Made by a program: the position numbers and the translations under genes. A stretch of DNA of 64,000 nucleotides from Macrostomum lignano (lineage: Eukaryota): NCBI GenBank assembly GCA_002269645.1, contig NIVC01000426.1:248001-312000 (forward strand). Direction: 5' to 3'. Shown one piece after another: positions 37,759-50,000 of this stretch. The notes beneath the pieces were generated by a model. The model did not search any database and was not told where the DNA came from. It saw nothing but the letters and a program-made list of their open reading frames with translations. Every line of letters starts with the position of its first letter. Position 1 is the stretch's first letter.

Positions 37759-40700
37759 TCAGATGTTGATCACGCGGCTAAGCTTTTGCAGACGGTTTAA
37801 CAGGGTGTCCCCATGCTTGATGACCAGCTGGAAAAGCAGGTGTTAGGGGTAGAATATAGCATAGATAAATAAGCGAAAGCAAAAGGAGCACGTGACTTCG
37901 ATTCAACTGACCGGGATTTCACCCCCTAGGCCTTATCTGCTAAGAGCAATTTCCCGAGGGATGCCATTTAACTGGGATTGAGGATCTCACGGAGTGGGAT
38001 CTTTTGGGTTGGGATTTTTAAATGGGATCTTTCGGAGTGGGTTCTTTAGGAGTGGGATCTCTAGTAGTGGGATCTCTTGTAGTGAGATCTCTTGTAGTGG
38101 GATCTCTTGGAATGGGATCTCTCGGAGTGGGATATCTAGTAGTGGGATCTTTTGGAGTGGGATCTCTCGGAGTGGGATCTCTTGGGTTGGGATCTCTTTG
38201 GGTGATGTCTTGGAGTGGGATCTCTCGGAGTGGGATCTCTTGGGTTGGGATCTCTTTGGGTGATGTCTTGGAGTGGGATCTCTTGGAGTGGAATCTCTCG
38301 GAGTGGGATCTCTTGGAGTGGGATCTCTCGGAGTGGGATCTCTTGTAGTGAGATCTCTTGTAGTGGGATCTCTTGGAATGGAATCTCTCGGAGTGGGATA
38401 TCTAGTAGTGGGATCTTTTGGAGTGGGATCTCTCGGAGTGGGATCTCTTGGGTTGGGATCTCTTTGGGTGATGTCTTGGAGTGGGATCTCTTGGAGTGGA
38501 ATCTCTCGGAGTGGGATCTCTTGGAGTGGGATCTCTCGGAGTGGGATCTCTTAGAAATTACAATTCGGTAATTACGAAATCACAAATTGGTAATTAAATA
38601 ACATTAGATAAGATTCAAAAAGGCTCACCTGGTACTGATGATTTTTACTGTCAGGTCGGGTCGTCTCGATAATACGGCTAACCTGATCAATTTTACAGGT
38701 AAGTCGGCCGGCGGCAATAAAGCGGGACAGCTCTTTGTCGATGAATTCCACCGACACGCCGAACGATTTAGCCATGTAGTCCAGGGTCAGGCTGCGGTAG
38801 GACTCCAGCTGCTGCGTGTAAGCCTTGATGCGCATCTCCTTCACGTAGTACCTGCGGTGGTGTGCGATGCTTCGCTATTGTGCATTGGTCATTCTTGAGA
38901 GCGATTTTCTGTCTAACCTGGAGAGGGACTGAGGCGATTCTCAAGGCTGATTTTCTGTCTAACCTGGAGAGGGACTGAGGCGATTCTCAAAGGTGACAAA
39001 AACAAAAAACAAGAAAACTCACGTAGCGTGCTGATGCAGGTATCTATCCCTCTGCAGAAAGATCTCAACGCCGGCCAGATAGCGAAAGAACTCAGCATAG
39101 TGACACTGATAGAGTGAATCTAAATACGCTTTAACCTCTGGCAGGCTGTGCAGAATCTGCAATATCTCCGAGCCGCGTACAACTTTGTCGCGCAAATCTG
39201 GCCGATCCAGGGCAATCATAGCGCACATCACCGTGTAGGTAATAAAGTCCTTGTAGTCCATCAGCTCGTAGCTAGTGAAGGTGGCCACAGTTTCCAGGAA
39301 CAAGCCGGCGGCGGTGCTGAAATCTCGAACGCTCATGCAGTGCAAGCCTTTGTACACGCGAAGCCGATTCCGCCTGTCCCAATCGCCGCCCTCCTCAACC
39401 AGAGTGGCCGCCCTGTCGATGTTCCTAGTGATCAGGTCGTGATCGTTGAAAAAGAAGCCCAGACGAATCTGGTGGAAGATCAGATCGAGCCGGTAACCAG
39501 ACATGGCCGTCTTCTCGAACACCTGCCTGAGCATAGCCAGTGAGTCAGCTTTGTCGCCGATACTACTAAAATAGTAGGCTTTGTCGCGCATACTATTGCG
39601 AACCTCGGCTTCGCCTTGGGTCTCCTCGGCTTCGCGTATTTTAGCGTCTAATTCGGCTAAGCGAGTTTTATTGGCTTGGCGCATCTCGCCTAGCAGGGCC
39701 TGGTCGGTGCGCCAGCCCAGGTGCTGGCAGATGTGCTCGTAGTATGGGGCCATGTCTGTGCATTGGTAATTTGTATGTTCCAGTCACTGTCTTATTTCAT
39801 TAACATAATGCTAATCCTGCTTGTATATTCAGACAGTACTGGCAATTCACTTAGATTTGGTTGATGCTATGTAGAAGCTAGATTGATGTTTAAATTTCTT
39901 TCAGTGCTTGTAACAACTGATTATATGTTTATTGAAGTGACCAAATGATTAAAAGATTGCACATTTAAATAAAAAATGTTTTCTCATAATTTTAAAAAAT
40001 TACCCGTTGGAAAAGTTATGCACCTGCAGAGGCACAAAAGGTGAGCGAGGTGCACAAAAGAGGCACTTTGGTGGCCTATTTCGTGTGTGTTTTGGAAATG
40101 CACCTGAGTGCACCTTTTATGCCTAAATGTCACCAATATTTTTGAAAAGAGGCATGAAAGGTGTAAAATCGGTGAAGTGGTCAGGCAGTAGGTGAATTCT
40201 CAATTTTGATTGGCTGCGGCGGTAGGGGCAGTAAAGGTGCTGAAGGGGCGCAGAAAGTGCACAAAAGGTGAATCAGAGGTGCATAAGGTGTACATGTTGC
40301 AGCGTAAATATGTATACAGGTGCATTTCCAAAACACGCTCGAAATAGACCCCAAAAGTGCCTCTTCTGTGCACCTCGCTCACCTTCCATGCCTATGCACG
40401 AATTAACGCATTAATAATTTGTAACAAAAAATTAACTGAGAGTTACATACTCGTATATTGCACGCACAGATCGAACATAGAAAAGCTTTATTTACACCTA
40501 TACTAATCGCTGCTATCCCCTTCCTGATCCTGACAAACCACGAAAGTAAACATTTCCTGTACTGATAAGTTTTAATAACTTTCAAATACTCAGGAAAAGT
40601 TCCGAAAAGTGATGAAAAGCTTTGAATCTGTTTAAAGAATAGTAAGGAAAAGTAGCAAAGAATTTTCGCAAGTTGGAACGCCCCTTGCATTGCCTCTACA

Positions 40701-43700
40701 CCTAAAGTGCCCACTGTGCACCGTTTGTTCACCTTTTGTGCCTCCAATGCACACTGTGCACCTTTATTCACCTTTCGTGCCTCCAGTGCACACTGTACAC
40801 TTTTTATGCACCTCCACCACAGCGCACCTTTTTTTCACCTTTCACTCCACCAATGCCCCCAATTCCTACTTTGTTCACCTTTTGTGCCTCCAATACACAC
40901 TGTGCACCTTTAATACACCGAACTCCCCTATGACACCTGTGCCCCTACCACCTATTTCGTGCCTTATATTCACCTTCTGACCCTGCAGAGGCACTCAGGT
41001 GAACACGCGGTGCACAAGTGGCACAAAATAGGCATAAAAGAGGCGAAAGTGAGGCAGAAGGTGCAAAACTCTTCACCTTTCATGCCTACTTTAAAAACTC
41101 AAAATTCAACGGGTTAACTATACCCTATTAAAAAGTCTTTACTAGCTCCAGGCCTATACATTGTTTTGTGGGCTAAGCTGAATAATATAGCCAATTGAAA
41201 AAGCTTAAATTGAAATTGAAAAAGTCAAAAACACTTATAGGGCTATTCAATTTAAAATAAAACTTGTACTTAGAAGTTAAGACACACAGAGTTTTCATTT
41301 TTATAGGTAGAGATATAGACATATCATCATTTGTTTTACAATATTTTTTCTGGGTTTAAATTTGTGTCTACATAGCATAGCATATAGCCTATGGTTTAAA
41401 TTTTAAACTTTTAAACTAGTCAAGTTGTTAATTGTCTATGGCCAAAACTAAAGGAAATTATTTAAAATAAGTGTTTCTCTTTCTTAGTTATTCAGCTACA
41501 AAGCTACAAATATTTAATATAAGTGACTTATTAAAAGTGCATCAAGCTAAATAAGCAAAAAGCTATATGGCTTATATACCCTGCTGCTTTATTGTACATT
41601 ATTAAATTAGTTGTTATCTTAGCTATGGAACTATTCAATTTGATAACCAAAGCATTGCCCTTATATAATAAATAAAAAACCAACTTGAAAATGACTACTA
41701 TTATTGTTTATTGTCTGTTTATTTGATGCTTATTAGTTTTATTTTGCTAATTTAATTAGACATATCAAATGGCAACATCATTTTTAGCATACAAGGTTTT
41801 TAAATGCATTAATTAGCCAAGATATATAAATATCTTAGCTATTTATACTGCATTGCCTTTTATTGATGAATATTTGTTTAGCTTTTATATTTAGTAGGTC
41901 TGCAAAGGCTATCAAATCAGGCAAATCTTGCTAACCAAGCAGCAGTGGGGGGTAAGGGAGCAAGCAGGCATAAAAGCAAAGGTATTATACTGCATTGCAT
42001 GTTTTATTCTTGTATTCATGAAAAATTAACACTTGCCACTTGCACACTTAGTTATGCAAGGACCTATCTTATGTCCTAGTCATAGGCATATTTTATATCT
42101 CTATCATAGGCTATGAATCTTTTTTGAAGCTTTTCATGGCTATGAGATACTCTTATAAACTATGAGTATTCCTTTTCTCTTTTTTACTACATAGTGTTTC
42201 CAAAGGGATCTATCTAAAATAAAATTATAATAATTGGCTAAGGCATCTACCTGCATGATCTAGATATTATATATATTATATTATATATTATTATTATGCT
42301 TAATGGAAATGTCCTTTGTTGGACTTAAAAATGGTAGCCACAGAGTGGCCACTTGAGCCAATAGAATAGAAATAAATTGGAAGGTGTTAGATCTGGTGAA
42401 TAAGCTAGATAAGGAAGGACTTTGAACCTTGTAATGCTGGTAATATTCACCATAACCTGGGTAGTTATGAGCTGGGGCATTGTCATAAAGTAGCAAAGGG
42501 CTAGCACTTAGCTTCCCCTATCTTTTCTAGATAACTGCTTGAAGCCAGCCTAGCTATTCAATATACTAGACACCTGTGACAGTATGTCCTATAGACAGGT
42601 ACTTGGCAAGCAAGATCCCTTGATAGTCCTAAAAGAAATAGCCCAAGATCTTGCCAGCTGACTCTGCTTGCTTAAACTTGCAGAGAGCCCTTTTCTTAGG
42701 GCACCACTACTCTATAGAATCTCACTTAAACTTAGGATCATAGTGGTAGATCTAATATTTGTCCCTAGTTATGATTTATTGCTCAAATCTATCTGGGTTT
42801 TCATTGTAAAGGTCAAGCATAAGCCAGCAAAAGTGGAGCCAATTCTGCTTATAGTCCCATAAAAGCATTTAGGATATCTATTGGGAACTAATCTTATTAT
42901 ACCTTAATCTTTTCTTCAATTTATATCAGCCTTAGCCCTTTCAAAGCGAAAAAGTAGGTTGTAGGTTTTGTTATTCTATGTAACAATTATTTGTTGCACC
43001 TATTACTTGTGGCATTGTTTCAATGCTTGTTAACCATGCATTTTTTATTGGCATACAATTTACTAGAATGAATTAAATGGCATACTTTATTAGTATACAC
43101 TTAACTAGAAAGCCAGATGCTTTCCAGTATATATAATACAATTTGCAATATAAACTAAACTAGAATAATCAATGTATATAGAATATAATTTTTACAGTAT
43201 CCATCAAATTTTGTACATTAACTTTTCTAAATTGGGTTTGGTTAAATTGGTTCTTAACTAGATTATTTCTTGATTAGAATTTTATATATACTAATGACCA
43301 AGTATGATTTCAAATTGAGGTAATAGTCCATTTTGGTAGTAGCCACTTTGGCAATAGCCACTTCAGTAACAAGTGAAAATAATAATATGAACAAGCAAGG
43401 CTTGGTATTCTTGCTTGTCTATTTTGCTAAAAATCCAAGAGTTTATATAGAAAAGATATAGTTGAAAGAAGATAAAAAGAAAATACTATACTCTACATAT
43501 TTCATAAAATGCTAAATAATAATGCAAAAAATCACAAAAAAGCCTAAAAAATGGCTGAATGACTAAAAATTTTGAACCACCCTCATAATTTCATTTAATA
43601 ACTGCCAAATTACTAAAATATACAAATATAAAATAATATATGCTCTAATAAATAATGTACAACTTACTTGATGCCTTGACAACAGACAAAATCTGGTTCT

Positions 43701-43812
43701 GCAATTCAGCATTATTCTTGAAATCAGGTAGTGAAGCCAAAAACACTTTCTGGGCCAATTTAAGATCAGGAATCTTCTCTAACCCTTCTTCTTCAAAGTC
43801 TTCCAGAGGCAT
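37759..43812 (-). CDS. PSMD6: 26S proteasome non-ATPase regulatory subunit 6 (Rpn7), 389 aa
   Basis: Exons 43668-43812 ([21 protein letters not shown]), 39023-39755 ([21 protein letters not shown]), 38629-38851 (YRSLTL..IAAGRL..RPDSKN) and 37759-37827 ([14 protein letters not shown]). Total 1170 nt with consistent phases. Confidence 0.97.
37995..38550. repeat. 15 bp minisatellite (GAGTGGGATCTCTTG)n with higher-order repetition
   Basis: Read directly; last PSMD6 intron. Confidence 0.93.
40003..41113. mobile_element. Foldback/MITE-like element in PSMD6 intron 1 (termini possibly piggyBac-like)
   Basis: Terminal CCCGTTG / CAACGGG. The right flank is TTAA; the left flank is ATTA (imperfect). 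There is an internal inverted repeat of about 78 bp (about 40030-40116 vs 40316-40392) and further GGTGCA/TGCACC sub-repeats. It retains CpGs, unlike its flanks. Confidence 0.6.
42300..42890 (-). pseudogene. Mariner (D,D34D) transposase fossil
   Basis: Degenerate motifs Q*IS*ML (cf. RWVPRML), IITRDKY*IYHYDP (cf. TGDETWIYHYDP), [33 protein letters not shown]. There are 103 nt between catalytic D2 and the D3 position, i.e. D34D plus one base. Confidence 0.88.
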
Positions 43813-44203
43813 AGTTTAATTTAGAAAAAAGTTGATACAGATTATTAATTATTGGTCTAGTAAATTAACCTTTCTTCTTAACCTGTTTACTATTTCTATC
43901 TTTGTCACCGGTAATATTAATAACTATAATTACAATTTGGGTCAAAAAGATGATACTTATGTTGTCTGCAAGGAAAAAAGTATTCTCAGAAACTTTACTT
44001 TGCAATATTTAAAACTTTGCATATAAACAAAAAACATATTAATATACCATAGTAAAACATAAAACTTTGTAGCAAAGCAATTAACATTTGAAACTTATTT
44101 ATTTATTATTTTTTATGGTTCAGATAGTTTAAATTGCATTGTACAAGTGTCTGTGAATTTTTAAACCTAATTTTTTCTGAGAAGTGATATAAGCTTTTTG
44201 GCC

Positions 44204-44505
44204 CGACTCTGCCTAATTGTTAGAATTAATATTTTATTTTGTTTTTGACCGATTTGCATTTAATATGCTGGTATAGTTATCTCAGCTTTTGCTTAGCTTA
44301 ATTTAACTCAGCATCAACTGAGTCAAACTAACGTCGGTTGATGAGCGAAAATCATTAGCTCAAGCTGAACTAAACTGAACTATTAGTCTGATGACTCTGA
44401 TCTGGTAGCGGCTAGCACTAGTCTAACAACTAGCTTAATAAGACCGAGTCTGATCGAAATAATATTAATAAAACAGATACAGTGGTGCTATTTTTTCCTG
44501 GCAGG
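44204..44505. promoter_or_regulatory. Putative bidirectional promoter of PSMD6 and VPS33A
   Basis: 8 CpGs in 44204-44456 amid a CpG desert, plus TGAGTCA at 44319-44325. A candidate non-coding exon donor GGCAG|GTAAAG at about 44505 could pair with the acceptor TTTTCAG| at 47070 just before the VPS33A ATG. The TSS positions are inferred. Confidence 0.5.
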
Positions 44506-47084
44506 TAAAGCCTTGTAATTGTATTTGGAAAGAGGATCTCGTCCTGGCATAAGCTCTCTACAAGATCTAGACTGGACTATTTTTAAAGAAGAAATATTGA
44601 GAATGGGAAATAAACTTAATTACATGTTTAAAAATGCTTGGATTTGGGTAGTTGATTTTTTTCTAGTTTGCAAAAAATCAACCAATTATCCTTTTCTTTT
44701 ATTTTTAGCTCCATCAGCTGCCAGTTGCAAGCAGTCTTCTCAAGCCCCCTAGAGACAGGCAATCTGAAAAAGTGAAAATTAATTTATCATTTTGTTTAAG
44801 CTGTGTAGTTTTAATACAATCTATGTAACTAAATCTGAATATTCAGTAATTCAGGTAAAGTTGCCCACTTGGCAAGTAAGATGAATAGAAAAGTGACAAT
44901 CAATATTAAAATAATTTAACTATGCATTTTGCTTGATATTGTGCATCTTCAGGTTTATTTTGAGCAAAAGTAATGAGTGAGATTGGAAGTAAATAAATAT
45001 AGTTTTGGGGTATAAACAGTGGCGCAGGCCATGTTCTCCGTGTGTTTTGAGGGAGAAGGCACTGGTTATACATTCTATAATTTTAACTACATAACTATCA
45101 ATCTATCCCTAGACTTTGCCTCTTAACTTATAGACCAACAAACATGTACTTAAAATATTGATTAAATTTATACCCCAAACTTTGTATTTATTTACTTTCA
45201 ATATCATTTGCTTCTTTTGCTCAAAATAAACCTAAAGATGCATAATATTATGCAAAATGCATTGTTAAATAAATTTAGTATTGATTTTTGCTTTTCTATA
45301 AATCTGAATATTTTTCTATGCAATTTAGGCTGGCTTTTGTATATATTGTTGCAAAGGTTTTGGCTATTTTTGTTGCAGGCCTATTATTAGAATTATTCTC
45401 ATTCATAAATAAACATAAAAAGCTATAGCTCAAAAGCGTGATGATTGCATTATATTTATTAGAATTACAAGTTCACATAATCATATAATCATAATATACT
45501 GTCACCCTATTGACTATTGCTATTTCGATATATTGTCCTTTTTTAGGTTCTTAAGATAAAATAGCTAAAATGATATATTGGATATAAAGACTAGTTATAT
45601 ACAAAAGTGATAAAAATATTTAATAAAAATGTTTTTGAGCAATAATTATCACAATGCTTCATACATATACATGTGCAGCCTTGGGAATCACTTGGCCATT
45701 TCTATTGGCAACACATACATGTAAGTCACTATTGGCTAAGAATAGTCACGTGACTACTATTCTATCGAATAGCAACTTACATTTGTGTGTTGTCAATAGA
45801 AATGGCCAGGTAAATCCCTCGGTTGCGCCCAAGCATGTTCATACATGCCTAACACCCATCCAACCCATCCAAACTAGATGGGTAAAAGGGCCACCAGCCA
45901 AGGTAAGTTGCAAAATTGAAAATGCAAAAAAACAAAAAAATTGGGGAAGAAAGAAAGGAGATAAAGAGAAAAGAAAAAGAAAGGAAGGAGAAGAGAGAGA
46001 GAGGAAGAAAAAGAGAAGAAAAGAGAAAAAGACAAGAAAAGTCATATACAAAGTGAAAATTAAGTTGCAATCAGGGGAACTAAGTTGCAATAGAGAGGAA
46101 CTAATTTGCAATTAGGAGGAACTAAGTCGCAAATCTGGACAAAACTAAGTTGCATTGGATGGGTGAAATTTTGAGGTTGGGCATGTATGGTATGGAATGC
46201 TTCATTAGCAAAATACATTATATAAATTTATAATGTATTTTGAAAATTTGAAAATTTCGATTTCAATTTTCAATTTGAATTTTTTATTCAATTTCAATTT
46301 TTCAATTTCAATTTTTTATTTTCAATTTGAAAATATTGAAAATTTAAAATACAAAAAGTTTTGTAACTTTTTTATTACTTGACTAATTTTTTTTCAAAAT
46401 TGAAATGTCTTTTTGCTTGGGCAAATAAGATTTATCAAATCTAAAAATATAAAAAATAACTTTCAAAATCTCACTGGAATCCCTATTATTAAAGTGTATA
46501 TTAGTACACTATCATAGATTTTTTAAATATATATCTTTTTATGTATACTAAATAAAAGAATTAAATAAAGTATTAAAACTTTTTATCTATGAAATAATTT
46601 TAAAAAATATATGAGCAATAGTGCTTGTTAAATACTATAACATTGTTATTTATATTGTTATAATTAATTTTACATCATTGTGCATATGGTAGGTTATACA
46701 TTTGTGTTGTATTCATGCATGCACATAATCTTTTTGTTTTGGTTATTCAAATTAAATACAAATTTCACATTTATATGCATACTACTAGACTTTGTATATA
46801 TGTCACTCACTATTTGCTTGTCTACATTACATGTATATATATAAAGTTATAGCATGCCAAAAGTATAGCATTGTATGGCCTTTGTATGGTCACTATATTC
46901 ATACCAAAATGTATACCATTTTTAAGCTTATGTATATTAGAAAATCTTCTAAATATGGCATTTATAGATTTGCAAATATGGAAAATTGTGTTTTTTTAAA
47001 CTGTTTGCATTTATCCCAAATTTTACTAGTACATTCCTATGTATGTTTCTTTATTCAATTTTCTTTTCAGCTAATAATACAAGC

Positions 47085-50000
47085 ATGAGCCATCTAGGCA
47101 ATGTTGGCAGGCTAAAGGACCTGCTTTGCAATGAGCTTCTGGCACTGCTCGACTCTTTGAAAGGAAAAAATGTAAGTGATCAAATTATCTACTTTAATTT
47201 TTATCTATCTTAAATAGAAACTATGCTACATATATATTCTTTTTTATAAACTCCTAGCTTCTTCTGGTTTGGGACAAGCCACTAATGACGCCAGTAAACA
47301 TGGTTGTTGATACCAATTCGCTCAAGCAGCATAAAGTGCACACAATGTACTCAATAGAGGCTACAGGCAGCATTGGCACTGTGCCAGCCGAATGCGATAT
47401 GGCTGTATTCCTTGTGCGACCAGACCCAACTATTATCAAATATGTCGCCACATATGTCAATGACAAGTGAGTCTTTCAAGTTTTGTTTGAAACCCACACT
47501 GCGTCCATTATTTCTAAGCTGAATCCCACTGAACTGCAATTAAGATCCCAGCTAGATTCAGACTATTGTGACTCGCTAAAAGTGCAATAAAGATCCCAGC
47601 TAGATCCAGGGCATTGTGACTCGCTAAAGTGTAATCAAGATCCCAGCCAGATCCAGGCCATTGTGATTCGCTAAAGTGTAATCAAGATCCCAGCTAGATC
47701 CAGGCCATTGTGACTCGCTAAAGTGCAATTAAGATCCCAGCTAGATCCAGGCCATTGTGACTCGCTAAAGTGCAATTAAGATCCCAGCTAGATCCTAAAG
47801 GCCATTGTGACTCGCTAAAGTGTAGTCATGATCCCAGCTAGATCCAGGCCATTTTGACTCGCTAATGTGCAATTAAGATCCCAGCTAGATCCAGGCCATT
47901 GTGACTCGCTAAAGTGCAATTAAGATCCCAGCTAAATCCAGGCCATTGTGACTCGCTAAAGTGCAATTAAGATCCCAGCTAGATTCAGGCTATTGTGACT
48001 CGCTAAAGTGTAATCAAGATCCCAGCTAGATCCTAAAGGCCATTGTGACTCGCTAAAAGTGCAATCAAGATCCCAGCTAGATCCAGGCCATTGTGACTCG
48101 CTAAAAGTGCAATTAAGATCCCAGCTAGATCCAGGCCATTGTGACTCGCTAAAGTGCAATTAAGATCCCAGCTAGATCCAGGCCATTGTAACTCGCTAAA
48201 GTGCAATTAAGATCCCAGCTAGATTCAGGCTATTGTGACTCGCTAAAGTGCAATTAAGATCCCAGCTAGATCCAGGCCATTGTGACTCGCTAAAGTGCAA
48301 TTAAGATCCCAGCTAGATCCAGGCCATTGTGACTCGCTAAAGTGCAATTAAGATCCCAGCTAGATCCAGGCCATTGTGACTCGCTAAAGTGCAATTAAGA
48401 TCCCAGCTAGATCCTAAAGGCCATTGTGACTCGCTAAAAGTGCAATTAAGATCCTAGCTAGATCCTAAAGGCCATTGTGACTCGCTAAAAGTGCAATCAA
48501 GATCCCAGCTAGCTTCTAATTGCGTTAACAATTGTACTTTGCACTCCTTAAAGGTCCAAGCTACCCACCAGCAAGTCCGCAGCAATCGTTTTCGTGCCAA
48601 ACAAGACTATTCCGTGCGAGAACCTGCTTCGCGAGCTTAAAGTCGATTTAAACCGAGTCCAACTGACCGAATTTCAACTCGACTTGCTGCCGTTTGACAA
48701 TGACCTGCTGCTCTGCGATTGGCCAAATGCCTTTCGGGTTAGACAACGTTCTTTTCATTGTTATTTTCCTTATGATAGTTTGAGCTCTGCCACCTGTCTG
48801 TCACGTTTTACAGGACTATCATTTGAAAAGCGACATCTCCTCTCTGCACTATTTGTCTCGCGCGATCATGAAAATTCAGACTGTATTTGGCATCATTCCT
48901 AATATTGCCTGCAAAGGCGAAGCTGCTAAGGTAAGGGGTTCTGAGAGTGCTCTGTCTGATAGATGTGGCATCTGATGCAGTAGTGTCTGTCTGTCCAGTC
49001 TGATAGATGTGGCATCTGATGCAGTAGTGTCTGTCTATCCAGTCTGATAGATGTGGCATCTGATGCAGTAGTGTCTGTCTATCCAGTCTGATAGATGTGG
49101 CATCTGATGCAGTAGTGTCTGTCTGTCCAGTCTGATAGATGTGGCATCTGATGCAGTAGTGTCTGTCTGTCCAGTCTGATAGATGTGGCACCTGATGGAG
49201 TAGTGTCTGTCTGTCCAGTCTGATAGATGTGGCATCTGATGCAGTAGTGTCTGTCTGTCCAGTCTGATAGATGTGGCATCTGATGCAGTAGTGTCTGTCT
49301 GTCCAGTCTGATAGATGTGGCATCTGATGCAGTAGTGTATGTCTGTCCAGTCTGATAGATGTGGCATCTGATGCAGTAGTGTCTGTCTGTCCAGTCTGAT
49401 AGATGTGGCATCTGATGCAGTAGTGTCTGTCTGTCCAGTCTGATGCATATAGGCTAAGGAAAATCTTACATCGAAGAAGAACTTTAGTTCCAAACGGTTT
49501 TAAAACCGTATTTTCTGCAGCGAGTCTGCGACAACATAATCCGCATGCGCCGGGAATACGACTTGGAAGACACAGCGGCTATTGCGCCCCAGATTGACAA
49601 CTTGATCATCATTGATCGCAGCTGCGACCCGCTCACTCCGCTGGTGCCGCAGCTAAACTTTGAGGGACTCATTGAAGAGGTCTACCGCCCCAAATATAGT
49701 AAGTTGCGTTTGAGTTTGAGGCTGACTGGATGAAGGAGATTGGGATGCTGGGGTGGGTGAGGGGAGTGGACGCTGGGATGGATGATGGAGACGGGATTTT
49801 GGGATGGATAAAGGAGAGGGATGTTGGGATATATGAAGGAGAATGGATGTTGATGCTGTGATGGATGAAGGAGAGGGGATGTTGGGATGGATAAAGGAGA
49901 GGGATGCTGGGATGGATAAAGGAGAGGGATGCTGGGATGGATGGTGGAGAGGATGGTGCTGGGATGGATGATGGAGAGGGGATGCTGTGATGGATAAAGG

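Noticed and set aside
42180-42960. Terminal inverted repeats of the mariner fossil
   Set aside because: The candidate ends are too degenerate to align with confidence.
47535-48510. CRISPR-like array (also considered for other 30-45 bp repeats)
   Set aside because: Units are head-to-tail without unique spacers, the context is a eukaryotic intron, and there are no cas genes.
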